From an uncultured delta proteobacterium (GTDB lineage: Bacteria; Myxococcota; Myxococcia; SLRQ01), in assembly GCA_963727485.1 (NCBI GenBank), contig CAVSGM010000011.1, forward strand, positions 768,001 to 832,000: 64,000 nt of DNA, read 5' to 3'. The translations under genes were made by a program, and so were the position numbers. This document shows, piece after piece, positions 42,558 through 53,324 of the stretch. Positions within the stretch are counted from its first letter, which is position 1, and each line of letters begins with the position of its first letter. The notes under the pieces are model-generated. The model saw only the letters and a list, made by a program, of their open reading frames with translations. It did no database searches and was not told where the DNA came from.

Positions 42558-43879
42558 TTGTCGCCGAGGCGGACCTCGAGGGTCCGGTGGACCCCCCGGG
42601 CGAGGTTCACCTGGAGGGTCTTGTCCCCGAGCCAGGTGTTCACCAGGCGCACCCGGTGGGTCCCGGGGGCCAGCGGGATCTCCCGGGCGAAGGGCGTGGT
42701 GTCGAAGTAGGTCCCGTCGACGTAGACCTTGGCCCAGGGCGAGACCACCACCTTGAGGTAGCCGCTGTCGGCGGTGGCCGAGAAGCTGGTGGGCGCCGCG
42801 GCCGGGCCGAGCCACCCGGCGTGGACCACGCCGATCCACAGGGACATGGCCACCAGCGCCCCGGCCCCGACCAGGGCCACCGGCCACACCGTGGGCGCCG
42901 GCGGGCCGCCGAGGTCCACCCGCTTGAGCTCCGAGTCGTGGAGGATCGCCGTGTCCACGAAGACCTCGGCCTCGGCGACGTCGACCAGCCCCCGGTTGCG
43001 CAGGAAGGTCACCAGGCGCCCGGAGTAGTTCATGGGCACGTGGCGGGCGAGGTAGCGCTCGAGGGCCTGGCGCAGGTGGCTGGTGGCGGCCCAGCGCTTC
43101 TCCGGGGCCTTCTGGAGGCACTTGCGGATGATCCGGTCGAGGGACCAGGGGACGTCCGGGTTCACCGTGCGGACGTGGGGGTAGTCCTCGTCGCGGATCT
43201 TGGCGAGGACCGTCCCCTCCTCGTCGTCGGTGAAGGGCTTGTCCCCCGTGAGCATCTGGTAGAGGAGGATCCCGAAGGAGAACAGGTCGCTCTTGAAGTC
43301 GAGGCGCGCCCCCACCACCTGCTCCGGGCTCATGTACGAGGGGGTGCCCACCGCCAGCCCGGTGCGGGTGAGGTCGTCGAAGGTGAGGTCCTTGGCGATC
43401 CCGAAGTCGGTGAGCTTCACCTCGCCCTGCCAGGAGATCATCACGTTGGAGGGCTTGATGTCCCGGTGGACCACCTTGCGGTAGTGGGCGTACTCCAGGG
43501 CGCTGGCGATCTTCAGGGCGATGATGGCGGCGACGTCCGCCGGGAGCTTCCCGCACCGGGCGAGGACGTCGTGGAGGTCGGTGCCGTCCACGAACTCCAG
43601 GATCATCCACAGCCCCTCGGGGGACTCCTCGAAGTCGTAGATGGAGACGATGTTCTCGTGCTGGAGGCTCGCCACCGAGAGGGCCTCCCGGCGGAAGCGC
43701 TGCACCAGGTCCGAGGCGCTGGAGAGCTCGGGCTTGAGCTGCTTGACCGCCACGTGCCGGTCGAGGGGGCGCTGGTAGCCCTTGAAGACCGTGGCCATCC
43801 CCCCGGCGCCGATCTCCTCCATCAGCTCCACGCGGCCCACGCGGCGCGCCCCCTCGGGTGCCTGTTCAGGACTGGTCAT
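42554..43879 (-). CDS. Membrane Ser/Thr protein kinase with C-terminal PEGA-like domain
   Basis: GAGGMATV, VAVK, HRDIKPSN, DFGIAK, GTPSYMSPEQ; TM; PWAKVYVDG...TP...LAPGTH. Confidence 0.92.
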   Translation of the reverse strand: MTSPEQAPEGARRVGRVELMEEIGAGGMATVFKGYQRPLDRHVAVKQLKPELSSASDLVQRFRREALSVASLQHENIVSIYDFEESPEGLWMILEFVDGTDLHDVLARCGKLPADVAAIIALKIASALEYAHYRKVVHRDIKPSNVMISWQGEVKLTDFGIAKDLTFDDLTRTGLAVGTPSYMSPEQVVGARLDFKSDLFSFGILLYQMLTGDKPFTDDEEGTVLAKIRDEDYPHVRTVNPDVPWSLDRIIRKCLQKAPEKRWAATSHLRQALERYLARHVPMNYSGRLVTFLRNRGLVDVAEAEVFVDTAILHDSELKRVDLGGPPAPTVWPVALVGAGALVAMSLWIGVVHAGWLGPAAAPTSFSATADSGYLKVVVSPWAKVYVDGTYFDTTPFAREIPLAPGTHRVRLVNTWLGDKTLQVNLARGVHRTLEVRLGDK

Positions 43880-44234
43880 CGCCCTCCGGGCCCCCGAGCC
43901 CGTGGTCGAGCTGGGCCAGGAAGCCCTCGATGGTCTGTACCACCCTTGGGGAAGGTCGCGTGAGGTGGATGCCCACGCCCTTGACCCGCTTGAGGGCGTC
44001 GTGCTCCACCCGGGCCACCGCGCCCTCGACCTCCAGGGGCACCAGCCGGCCGGCCACGGGCAGGGAGAAGGCGACCCGCACCCGGTCCCCCCGGCGCAGG
44101 CTCCGCCCCTCGGCCTTCAGGTGGAACCCCGAGGCGCTTACGTCGGTCACCACGTCCCGGAAGGTGCCTGCCGCCGCCTTCACCGTGGCGGGGAAGGTCA
44201 CCTGGACGCGATCCTCGTGTCGGGTACCGCCCAT
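43866..44234 (-). CDS. PilZ domain protein (c-di-GMP receptor candidate)
   Basis: RHEDR (RxxxR) and DVSASG (DxSxxG) motifs. Confidence 0.8.
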   Translation of the reverse strand: MGGTRHEDRVQVTFPATVKAAAGTFRDVVTDVSASGFHLKAEGRSLRRGDRVRVAFSLPVAGRLVPLEVEGAVARVEHDALKRVKGVGIHLTRPSPRVVQTIEGFLAQLDHGLGGPEGDDQS

Positions 44235-44365
44235 GGGGCTGAAGGTGGCATGACGGGCCGGTGGGCGCAATTGCGCCGGCAAGGTCCGGTGGTAGAGATA
44301 TCCGACCAGGAGCCACGGGGACGAGGCGACGGTCGCCTCCGAGCCGTGGTCTTTGTTTCGGGCTG

Positions 44366-46528
44366 ATGCTGCGCCTGGTCGACATCCTCGAGAAGGTCTC
44401 GAACTACCGCCCCGATGCCGACCTCGACATCGTCAAGAAGGCGTACGTCTACTCGGCGAAGGTCCACCAGGGGCAGGTGCGCAAGTCCGGGGAGCCCTAC
44501 CTGGTGCATCCCCTGGCGGTGGCGGGCATCCTCGCCGACCTGCGTCTGGACGAGGCGAGCATCGTCGCCGGGCTCCTCCACGACACCGTGGAGGACACCC
44601 TGGCCACCCTCGCCGAGGTCGAGGATCTCTTCGGCAAGGAGGTCGCCTCCATCGTCGACGGGGTGACCAAGCTCTCCCAGTTCTCCGAGAACCGGCAGCC
44701 CACCGCCGAGGAGAAGCAGGCCGAGAACTTCCGGAAGATGATCGTCGCCATGGCCCGGGACATCCGGGTCATCCTGGTGAAGCTCGCGGACCGCACCCAC
44801 AACATGCGGACCCTCGAGCACATGAAGCCCGAGAAGCAGGAGCGCATCGCCCGCGAGACCCTGGAGATCTACGCCCCCATCGCCCACCGCCTCGGCATCC
44901 AGTGGGTGAAGATCGAGCTCGAGGACCTGGCCTTCAAGTACCTGCGGCCCCAGGACCAGGCCGACCTGGTGGACAAGATCTCCACCAAGCGCCGGGAGCA
45001 CGAGAAGTACATCGACGAGGTCATCGCCATCCTCAAGGGCAAGCTCGCGGCCCAGGGGATCCCCGGCGTGGTGACCGGGCGGCTCAAGCACCTCTACTCG
45101 ATCTACCGGAAGATGCGGACCAACAACATCGAGTTCGAGCAGGTCCACGACATCATCGCCTTCCGGATCGTCACCGAGAACATCTCCCGCTGCTACGAGG
45201 CGTTGGGCCTGGTCCACTCCCTGTGGAAGCCGGTGCCCGGGCGGTTCAAGGACTTCATCGCCATCCCCAAGCCCAACATGTACCAGTCGCTCCACACGAC
45301 GGTCATCGGGCCCTACGGCGAGCGGGTGGAGATCCGAATCCGCACCGAGGAGATGCACCAGGTCGCCGAGGAAGGCATCGCCGCCCACTGGTCCTACAAG
45401 GCCGGCCAGGTCAAGGCGGACAGCCAGACCGCCCAGGGCTTCGCCTGGCTGCGCCAGCTCCTCGAGTGGCAGCAGGACCTCAAGGACCCCAAGGAGTTCC
45501 TGGAGACGGTGAAGGTCGACCTCTTCTCCGACGAGGTCTTCGTGTTCACCCCCACCGGCGACGTGCGCAGCTTCCCCAGAGGCGCCACCCCGGTGGACTT
45601 CGCCTTCGCCATCCACTCCGAGGTCGGGACCCACTGTGTCGGGGCCAAGGTCAACAACCGGATCGTGCCGCTGCGCTACAAGCTGAAGAACGGCGACACC
45701 ATCGAGATCCTCACCTCGCCCCACGCCCATCCGTCCAAGGACTGGCTCACCTTCGTCAAGACCAGCCGGGCCCAGACCAAGATCCGCAGCTACATCCGCA
45801 AGCAGCAGCGGGAGCGGTCGCTGGCCATCGGCCGGGAGGTCCTGGAGAAGGAGCTCAAGAAGTACGGGCGCTCCCTCAACCGCCTGATGAAGGGTGGGGG
45901 GCTCCAGCCGGCCGCCGACGTCCTGCAGTTCAAGACCCCCGAGGACATGATCTCGGCCCTCGGCTACGGGAAGCTCACCCCGGCCCAGATCCTCTCCAAG
46001 GTGGTCCCCGCCGAGGAGCTCCGGGACCAGCACGTCGACAAGAAGGGCGAGGGGCGTCTCCAGCAGATCTTCAAGAAGGTCGCCCGGACCAGCAAGAGCG
46101 GCATCTCCATCCAGGGCATCGACGACGTCCTGGTGCGCTTCGGGCGCTGCTGCAACCCGGTCCCCGGCGACCCCATCGTCGGCTTCATCACCCGCGGCCG
46201 CGGGGTCACCGTCCACACCGCGGCCTGCGAGAAGGTCCTCCAGACCAATCCCGAGCGCCGGGTCGACGTGGCCTGGGACCTGCGCGGCGGCACCGCCCGC
46301 CCGGTGTCCCTGCGGGTGCTCACCGCCGACCGCCCGGGGATCCTCGCCGAGCTCTCCAAGTGCTTCTCCGCCTCGGGCGTGAACATCGCCCAGGCCAACT
46401 GCCGGTCCACCGGGGACGACCGGGCGGTGAACACCTTCGAGGTCTCGGTGAGCAATCTCAAGCAGCTCCAGGGCGTCATCCGCCACCTCGAGCGGGTCAA
46501 GGGCGTCTACAGCGTCGAGCGGGTCTGA
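44366..46528 (+). CDS. spoT: Bifunctional (p)ppGpp synthetase/hydrolase (long RSH, Rel/SpoT)
   Basis: HQGQVRKSGEPY, intact LHDTVED hydrolase motif, KLADRTHNMRTL, YQSLHT, TGS, CCNPVPGD and ACT domains. Confidence 0.95.
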   Translation: MLRLVDILEKVSNYRPDADLDIVKKAYVYSAKVHQGQVRKSGEPYLVHPLAVAGILADLRLDEASIVAGLLHDTVEDTLATLAEVEDLFGKEVASIVDGVTKLSQFSENRQPTAEEKQAENFRKMIVAMARDIRVILVKLADRTHNMRTLEHMKPEKQERIARETLEIYAPIAHRLGIQWVKIELEDLAFKYLRPQDQADLVDKISTKRREHEKYIDEVIAILKGKLAAQGIPGVVTGRLKHLYSIYRKMRTNNIEFEQVHDIIAFRIVTENISRCYEALGLVHSLWKPVPGRFKDFIAIPKPNMYQSLHTTVIGPYGERVEIRIRTEEMHQVAEEGIAAHWSYKAGQVKADSQTAQGFAWLRQLLEWQQDLKDPKEFLETVKVDLFSDEVFVFTPTGDVRSFPRGATPVDFAFAIHSEVGTHCVGAKVNNRIVPLRYKLKNGDTIEILTSPHAHPSKDWLTFVKTSRAQTKIRSYIRKQQRERSLAIGREVLEKELKKYGRSLNRLMKGGGLQPAADVLQFKTPEDMISALGYGKLTPAQILSKVVPAEELRDQHVDKKGEGRLQQIFKKVARTSKSGISIQGIDDVLVRFGRCCNPVPGDPIVGFITRGRGVTVHTAACEKVLQTNPERRVDVAWDLRGGTARPVSLRVLTADRPGILAELSKCFSASGVNIAQANCRSTGDDRAVNTFEVSVSNLKQLQGVIRHLERVKGVYSVERV

Positions 46529-46529
46529 C

Positions 46530-47126
46530 GTGGCCGCCCTCGCCGACCTGGTGGCAGCCGAGCTCACCGTCACCGCCACCTCCCTGCGCCAGCGCGTCCT
46601 CCTCGCCGGAGGCCGCCCGGTGGGCACCCTCGACCTCGACCGGGCGCCGCTCTTGCGGATCGTCGACAAGCGGTTCCGCCGGCGCCTCGCCCGCCTCGAG
46701 GTCGAGGGTCCCGAGCTCGACACGGTGTGGAAGGTCGAGGTCGGGGGCCGCCACGTCGCCGACGCGGTGCACCTCTTCCCGGCGAACCTCCTCACCCCCC
46801 AGGGCTTCGCCAAGGGCCGGGGGTTCGAGCTGCGCGACCTCAAGGGCGTGGTCCTCGGCTACACCGACCAGACCCGACAGCACCGGGGCCGCCGGGAGCA
46901 CACGCTCCTCTATCGCAACGGCAAGGGTGAGCTCCTCGCCCAGTGCACCGCCCGCAGCTTCAAGCGCCACCTCACCTTCGCCGGTCCCGACGGCGCCGCC
47001 CGCTTCGACCTGGTGCGGGGTCGCCGCCCGGTGATGTGGGAGGCGCCCTGGGTCCGCGCCGGCCTCACCGAGACCGAGCGCGAGGCCCTCGGGGGCCTCC
47101 TGGTGCTGGCGCTGCTCTGGGTCTAG
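46530..47126 (+). CDS. Hypothetical protein
   Basis: ORF packed between rel and ridA with host-like codon usage. Confidence 0.6.
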   Translation: MAALADLVAAELTVTATSLRQRVLLAGGRPVGTLDLDRAPLLRIVDKRFRRRLARLEVEGPELDTVWKVEVGGRHVADAVHLFPANLLTPQGFAKGRGFELRDLKGVVLGYTDQTRQHRGRREHTLLYRNGKGELLAQCTARSFKRHLTFAGPDGAARFDLVRGRRPVMWEAPWVRAGLTETEREALGGLLVLALLWV

Positions 47127-47179
47127 CGTCCGGCGCCGCGAATTGACCCCGGGGGGGCGCCGTTGCTATCTGAACGCCC

Positions 47180-47569
47180 ATGAAGCGCCAGGTCATCGAG
47201 AGCGTCCAGGCCCCCAAGGCCATCGGTCCCTACAGCCAGGCCGTCGCCGTCGAGGCCCAGCGGCTGGTCTTCCTCTCCGGCCAGATCCCCCTCGACCCGG
47301 GGACCATGGAGCTGGTGGGCGCCGGCGACATCGCCGCCCAGACCCGGCAGGTGATGGACAACCTGGGGGCGGTGCTCTCCGCCGCCGGCCTCGACTTCGG
47401 CAACGTGGTCAAGACCACCATCTTCCTCGCCGACCTCGGGGACTTCGCCGCGGTGAACGAGGTCTACGGCAGCTACTTCGCCGAGCGGCCGCCGGCCCGG
47501 GCCACGGTGCAGGTCGCCGCCCTGCCCAAGGGCGCCGGGGTCGAGATCGAGTGCGTCGCGGCGTCGTGA
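47180..47569 (+). CDS. ridA: RidA/YjgF-family reactive intermediate deaminase
   Basis: [42 protein letters not shown]. Confidence 0.92.
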   Translation: MKRQVIESVQAPKAIGPYSQAVAVEAQRLVFLSGQIPLDPGTMELVGAGDIAAQTRQVMDNLGAVLSAAGLDFGNVVKTTIFLADLGDFAAVNEVYGSYFAERPPARATVQVAALPKGAGVEIECVAAS

Positions 47570-48747
47570 CCGAGGCCGTCGCCGCCGTCGCCGAGCCCTG
47601 GCGCGACCTCTTCCCCGAGGTCAGCGCCGCGCAGTGGTACGACTGGCGCTGGCAGCAGCGCCACGCCCTGCGCACCGGCGCCGACCTCGAGGCGCGCCTC
47701 GCCCTCACCGACGACGAGCGCGCCGGCCTCGCCCGGACGGCCGGGGTCTTCCGGGTGGCGATCCCGCCGTACTACTTCCGGCTCATCGATCGGGAGAACC
47801 CCTTCTGCCCGGTGCGGATGCAGTCGATCCCCGTCCGCGCCGAGGCCCACGTCGCCGACACCGACCTGCGCGATCCCCTCGGCGAGGACCCCCACCGGCC
47901 GGTGACCAGCATCGTCCACAAGTACCCCGACCGGGTCCTCTTCCTGGTCCGGGACACCTGCGCCATCTACTGCCGCCACTGCACGAGGCGGCGGATCACC
48001 GCCGGGGGCGAGGCCACCTTCGACACCCGGGCGATGGCCGAGGGCGTCGCCTACGTGAAGGCCCACCCCGAGGTCCGGGACGTCCTCATCAGCGGCGGGG
48101 ACCCGCTGCTCCTCGCCGACGCCAAGCTCGACGCCCTCCTCGGCGAGCTGAAGGCCATCGACCACGTGGAGATGATCCGCATCGGCACCCGGATCCCGGT
48201 GGTGCTGCCGATGCGCATCACCGAGGACCTGTGCCGGGTGCTCCGGCGCCACGCCCCGGTCTACGTGGTGACCCACTTCGACCACCCCAAGGAGGTCACC
48301 GCCGACGCCGCCGCCGCCTGCGAGCGCCTGGTCGACCACGGGGTCCCGGTGGAGAACCAGACCGTGCTCTTGCGCCGGGTGAACTCCGAGGCGCGGATCA
48401 TCAAGGACCTGAACCACCGCCTCCTGCGCCACCGGGTGCGGCCCTACTACCTGCACCAGGGCGACCTCGCCGAGGGCACCGAGCACCTGCGCACGCCGCT
48501 GTCCTGCGGCCTGGGCATCCTCGAGCAGCTCCGGGGCCACACCACCGGGCTGGCCGTGCCCCACCTCGCCGTGGACCTCCCCGGGGGCGGGGGCAAGGTG
48601 ACCCTCCAGCCCGACTACCTCGAGCGCCGGGAGCCCGGGGCCGCGGTGCTCCGGAGCTACCGGGGCGAGACCTACCGCTACCCCGAGCCCACCGAGACCG
48701 ACTGCGCCTGCCCCTACAGCGACGTGTTCTACGACGCCGGGGCGTGA
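47566..48747 (+). CDS. KamA-family radical SAM aminomutase (lysine 2,3-aminomutase-like)
   Basis: [49 protein letters not shown]. Confidence 0.9.
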   Translation: MTEAVAAVAEPWRDLFPEVSAAQWYDWRWQQRHALRTGADLEARLALTDDERAGLARTAGVFRVAIPPYYFRLIDRENPFCPVRMQSIPVRAEAHVADTDLRDPLGEDPHRPVTSIVHKYPDRVLFLVRDTCAIYCRHCTRRRITAGGEATFDTRAMAEGVAYVKAHPEVRDVLISGGDPLLLADAKLDALLGELKAIDHVEMIRIGTRIPVVLPMRITEDLCRVLRRHAPVYVVTHFDHPKEVTADAAAACERLVDHGVPVENQTVLLRRVNSEARIIKDLNHRLLRHRVRPYYLHQGDLAEGTEHLRTPLSCGLGILEQLRGHTTGLAVPHLAVDLPGGGGKVTLQPDYLERREPGAAVLRSYRGETYRYPEPTETDCACPYSDVFYDAGA

Positions 48748-48762
48748 GGGCGCGGCGACCCC

Positions 48763-49128
48763 TCAGATGAAGAGGGTGGTGGTCGCCGCCTCGCAGGCGT
48801 CGAGGATCCGCGCCAGGCCCATGACCTCGTCCACCCGGTCGCCGAGGGCCGCCACGTCGACCCCGGCGGCGGCGGCGGCGGTAGGGCACACCAGGTAGCG
48901 CACCCCCCCGAGCTTCCGGGCCTCGGAGAGGAGCTCGGCGGCGCCGGGGATCCCCCCGGGGGCCGAGGCCGGGCCCGGGTCGAGGTCGCCGGCGGCGAGG
49001 CGGCGCAGGGCCGCGTCCTCGAAGACCACCGTGGCCTCGCGCCCGGAGGCGGCGGCGGCGGCCACCAGGGCGGCGACGCTGCGGAGCCGGGGGTCGTCCC
49101 CGGCGTGGGCGAAGATGAAGAGGCTCAC
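48763..49128 (-). CDS. DsrE/DsrF-like small protein
   Basis: AAAASGREATVVF, ARKLGGVRYLVC, DEVMG, TTLFI terminus. Confidence 0.65.
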   Translation of the reverse strand: MSLFIFAHAGDDPRLRSVAALVAAAAASGREATVVFEDAALRRLAAGDLDPGPASAPGGIPGAAELLSEARKLGGVRYLVCPTAAAAAGVDVAALGDRVDEVMGLARILDACEAATTTLFI

Positions 49129-50112
49129 TTCAGGGTGAGGGTGTACTTCCCGCCGGCCGTGGGCGCCAGGGTGTCGAGGCACCCCCGCCCGAGGAGGGTG
49201 CCCGTGCCCCCGGTGCCGTCGTAGACGCTGAAGACCACCGCCTCCATGCTCCCCTGGGGGACCGAGTAGAGGCCCACCTGGAACACGTCGCTCCCGGTGG
49301 AGAACTGGAAGTTCGCGTACCGGGAGTAGACGGCGTCGAGGGTGGGGTCCTGGGCGTCGTGGGGGCCGGTGCCCGAGGCCGGGAGGAGCATGGGGCAGCT
49401 CACCAGGCGGCCATCGGCGGTGATCCCGCGGTAGACGGTGATCGCCGCCGACCGGACCGCGACCCGGGCGGATCCGGGCAGACCGGTGGCGTCGGCGATG
49501 AGGCCGAAGTCAATCTGGGGGGGCGGCGCCGACTCGCAGACCCCGGCGAGGCAGCTCGGGCCGTCGGCCGCCGGGCGACACTCGGGGCAGCTGAAGAAGT
49601 TGCTAGGGTGCCGCAGTCGGCGGAGGTGGCGCAGCAGGGTGGGGTGTCCCCGGCGCAGGTCGCGACGGCGACGCAGCCGGTGCCCCGACAGACCTGGTCG
49701 GTGGGGCAGTCGACCGGCGCGGCGAAGGTGCCGCCGCTGCAGGTCTGGAGCCGCGGGCCGTTGCACCGGGTCTCGCCGGCGGCGCAGGGACCGCTCCCGC
49801 CGCCGGCGTCGCCGAAGGCCCCGGCGTCCGAGCTGCCGCCCCCCGAGCCGGCGTCGGAGGTGCCGCCGGGCCCGCCGTCGAGGCCCCCGTCGGAGACGGT
49901 GCCGCCCCCGGCGCCGCCGTCGGTGAGCGCGCCGCCGTCGGTGCGCGTGCCACCGTCGGTGCGCCGCCGTCGGTGCGCGTGCCGCCGTCGGTGCCACCGC
50001 CCCCGCCGTCGGCGACGGTCCCGCCCCCGTCCACCCGGGCCCCGTCCACCCCGGGCCCGAGGCAGGCGGCGGTGGCGAGGACGAGGAGGCTGACGGCGGC
50101 GAGGCGGACCAT
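49125..50112 (-). CDS. Lipoprotein with DGG low-complexity linker and Cys-rich domain (two apparent frameshifts, near 49965 and 49605)
   Basis: Lipobox TAAC; TDGG repeats; CAAGETRCNG...CCATSADC; pieces spread across three frames. Confidence 0.6.
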
Positions 50113-50166
50113 GGCCCCAGAGCCTACCCGAATCCCCCGCGGCCCGCCTCGTGCGATGATGGCCGG

Positions 50167-51120
50167 GTGAGCCCCGCTCCCACCGGAGACCACACGGCCC
50201 GACGCTTCGGCCCCTTCGAGCTTTTGGCACCGCTGGGCCGAGGGGGGATGGCCGAGGTGTTCACCGCCCGCCTCGCGGACGGCGCCGCCGATCCCTTTGG
50301 CCTCCCGGAGACCTTCGCCCTCAAGCGCCTGATGGCGGGCCTCCTCGAGGACCCCGACGCCCGGGAGGACTTCCTCACCGAGGCCGACGTGGCGCCGCTC
50401 TTGCGCCACCCGAACCTGGTGCGGGTCTTCGCCTCCGGGGAGATCGACGGCCGCGGGTGGCTGGCCATGGAGCGGGTGGAGGGGACGAGACCTCGAGCGT
50501 CTCCGGCGCCGGCGCCCGGGTGTCCCCCTGCCCGAGGACCTCGCCTGCGCCCTGGTGACCGAGCTCCTCGCGGGCCTCGCCCACCTCCACGCCGCCACCG
50601 GCACCGCCGGGACGCCGCTCGGCCTGGTCCACCGGGACGTGACCCCGGCCAACGTCTTCCTCGCCAAGGACGGACGGGTGAAGCTCTCGGACCTGGGGGT
50701 GGCGCGGCTCACGGGCCTGGAGCGCCACAGCCTCTCCCGGCAGGTGAAGGGGAAGCTGCGCTACCTCTCCCCGGAGCAGGTGGTCGCCGACCCGGTGGGC
50801 CCCGAGACCGACGTCTTCGCCGCCGGGGCCATCCTCTTCGAGCTCCTCGCCGGGCGCTTCGCCTTCGACCAGGACACCGAGCACGCGGTGATGGTCGCCA
50901 TCCGCGACGGGAAGGTCCCGCGCCTGGCGCGCCTGCGCCCCGAGCTCCCCAAGGACCTCTCGGCGGTGGTCGCCCGGGCCCTCCACCGCAAGCCCCGGCG
51001 GCGCTTCCCCACGGCCCACGCCTTCCGCGACGCCCTCGATGCGGTAGTCTTCGCCCATGGCCTGCAGCTCATGGGCGAGGAGCTCGCCGAGGCGGCGTCG
51101 GCGTGGGTGAGGGGGTCCGC
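50167..51120 (+). CDS. Ser/Thr protein kinase (frameshift near 50488; 3' end uncertain, reads into pgeF)
   Basis: LGRGGMAEVF, ALK, LRHPNLV, then HRDVTPANV, DLGVA, KGKLRYLSPEQ. Confidence 0.8.
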
Positions 51121-51892
51121 ATCCTCAAGGTCCCCGGGGCTCGTGGCCCTGGGGGTGCCCCACGGCTTCTCCCTGCGCGCCGGGGGGGTGAGCCAGGGGC
51201 CCTACGAGAGCCTCAACCTCGGGGCCGCGGTGGGCGACGACCCGGCCGCCGTCGCCGGCAACCTCGCCCGCCTCGCCGCCGCCGGGGGCGTCGCCGGCTT
51301 CCTCCAGGCGAGCCAGGTCCACGGCACCACCGTGCACCAGGTGGCCCCCGACGCCGACCCCGAGGCCCTGCGCCACCTCGAGGCCGACGCCCTGGTGACC
51401 ACCACCCCCGGGCGGGCGGTGGGCGTCCGCACCGCCGACTGCGTGCCCCTCCTCTTCGCCGGGCCCGGGGGCGCGGTGGTCGCCGCGGCCCACGCCGGGT
51501 GGCGGGGGACAATCGGCGGCATCGCCCGGGAGACGGTCACCTGGCTCCAGCGGGCCTGCGGGGTGGCCCCGGCGACGCTCCGGGTGGCCATCGGCCCCTG
51601 CATCCGCACCGGGTGCTACGAGGTGGACCCCGAGCTCGGCGCCCGCTTCGTCGGCGCCCTCGGCGACGGCGTCACCTGGACCCCCGAGGGCGCCGAGCGC
51701 CCCCGCCTCGACCTGGTCGAGGCCAACCTCCGGGTCCTCGAGGCCGCAGGGGTGGGGCGCGACCAGGTCGATATCGTGGGGGGATGTACCCACTGTGACC
51801 CCGCCCGGTACTTCAGCCACCGCCGGGACCGCGGGGTCACCGGACGGCACCTGTCCTTCGTGGCGCCGGCGCACCGGGGCGATTCACGGTAG
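51103..51892 (+). CDS. pgeF: PgeF/YfiH-family protein (peptidoglycan editing factor / nucleoside phosphorylase); start uncertain
   Basis: HGFS, SLNLG, QVHG, ADAL, TADCVP, HAGWRG, IGPCI, YFSHRR. Confidence 0.88.
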
Positions 51893-51962
51893 GATTTGTT
51901 GACTTGGTCCCGACCTCTGGGACAATCGCGAGCACGTGTCCCCGCCTTCCGGGAGAAAGCCC

Positions 51963-53234
51963 ATGCGTGTTACCAGCAGGTCCGGCGTCGCCGGTCGTTG
52001 GCGTCTCGGCCTCGTGGCCCTGGCGCCCCTGGCGGCCCTCGTCCTCGTCCAGCCCGCCCGGGCCCAGTACGAGATGCCGGAGGACCTGGCCAAGCAGAAG
52101 CCCCAGCCGGCCCAGCCCCAGCAGCCCGCAAAGCCGCCCCAGGACCAGAAGGCCCAGCAGGGCCAGGCGGCGCCCTCGGTCGCGGCCCCGGCCGCCGAGC
52201 CGGGCCTCCCGGGCCCCGCGCCGGACTTCAGCCAGGCCCCCGAGAGCTACACCGTCCAGAAGGGGGACACCCTCTGGGACATCAGCCAGAAGGTCCTCGG
52301 GAACCCCTGGTACTGGCCCAAGGTGTGGAGCCTGAACCCCCAGGTCGAGAACCCGAACTGGATCTACCCGGGGAACGTCATCACCTTCACCGGTGGCGGC
52401 GAGCAGCTCCCGGCCCAGGTCCAGGGCCAGGCCCAGGAGGGCCAGGGCCCCGACTTCGGCACGCCCGAGCAGGTCGCCGCGAACCAGGCCGTGGTCTCGG
52501 GCCCCAAGAGCCTGACCTACGTGCCCAAGACCAGCGCCCAGGTGGTCGACCGGGGCTTCATCACCCCCCGGGAGCTCACCGCCGCCGGGTCCATCGGCGC
52601 CTCCTACGAGCCCAAGAGCCTCCTCTCCACCTTCGACAAGGTCTACCTGACCTTCAAGAACCGGGGCGCGGTCAAGGTCGGCGACCGGTTCATCGCCTTC
52701 AAGACCGAGCGGGCGGTCCACGACCCCCGCACCGGGGCCCTGGTGGGCTACTTCACCAAGCTCCTGGGCACGGTCCGGGTCACCCGGAAGCCCGGCCGCG
52801 GCGCCCTCACCGGCCAGATCGGCGCGGTCCTCGACGCCATCGAGCGCGGTGACCGGCTCATCCCCTACACCGACGCCTTCACCCGGACGGTGGTGAACCG
52901 GCCGAACCAGGTCGAGCTCGACGGCATCATCCTCGCCACCCTGAAGCCCCAGCTCGTCCTCATCGGCGAGTACAACTACGTGTTCATCAACAAGGGCCGG
53001 AAGGACGGGGTCGAGGTGGGCAACACCTTCTCCATCCTCCACCGGGGCAATCCCCTCACCAGGGACCAGAAGATCCCCGACAAGGCCCTCCCCTGGGAGC
53101 CCGTGGGGACCGCCATGGTCGTGGAGGTCCGGGACGACGCCTCGACCGCCCTGGTCACCCGGAGCATCGAGGCTTTGAGCACCGGCGATCGGGCGGTGAT
53201 GCGGGTCGCCGGGCAGCGGCAGGCGGCCCGGTAG
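51963..53234 (+). CDS. Exported LysM peptidoglycan-binding protein
   Basis: Signal peptide; YTVQKGDTLWDIS...WPKVW...NPNWIYPG; sits upstream of dprA. Confidence 0.88.
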   Translation: MRVTSRSGVAGRWRLGLVALAPLAALVLVQPARAQYEMPEDLAKQKPQPAQPQQPAKPPQDQKAQQGQAAPSVAAPAAEPGLPGPAPDFSQAPESYTVQKGDTLWDISQKVLGNPWYWPKVWSLNPQVENPNWIYPGNVITFTGGGEQLPAQVQGQAQEGQGPDFGTPEQVAANQAVVSGPKSLTYVPKTSAQVVDRGFITPRELTAAGSIGASYEPKSLLSTFDKVYLTFKNRGAVKVGDRFIAFKTERAVHDPRTGALVGYFTKLLGTVRVTRKPGRGALTGQIGAVLDAIERGDRLIPYTDAFTRTVVNRPNQVELDGIILATLKPQLVLIGEYNYVFINKGRKDGVEVGNTFSILHRGNPLTRDQKIPDKALPWEPVGTAMVVEVRDDASTALVTRSIEALSTGDRAVMRVAGQRQAAR

Positions 53235-53324
53235 GAGCCTCCCAGGGCGGGCCTCGTGCCCCACCCCGAGACGGCCGTCCCCAGGGGCGGCCGTCGTCCG
53301 TTCGGGGGGCGGGCGCCTTGACGA

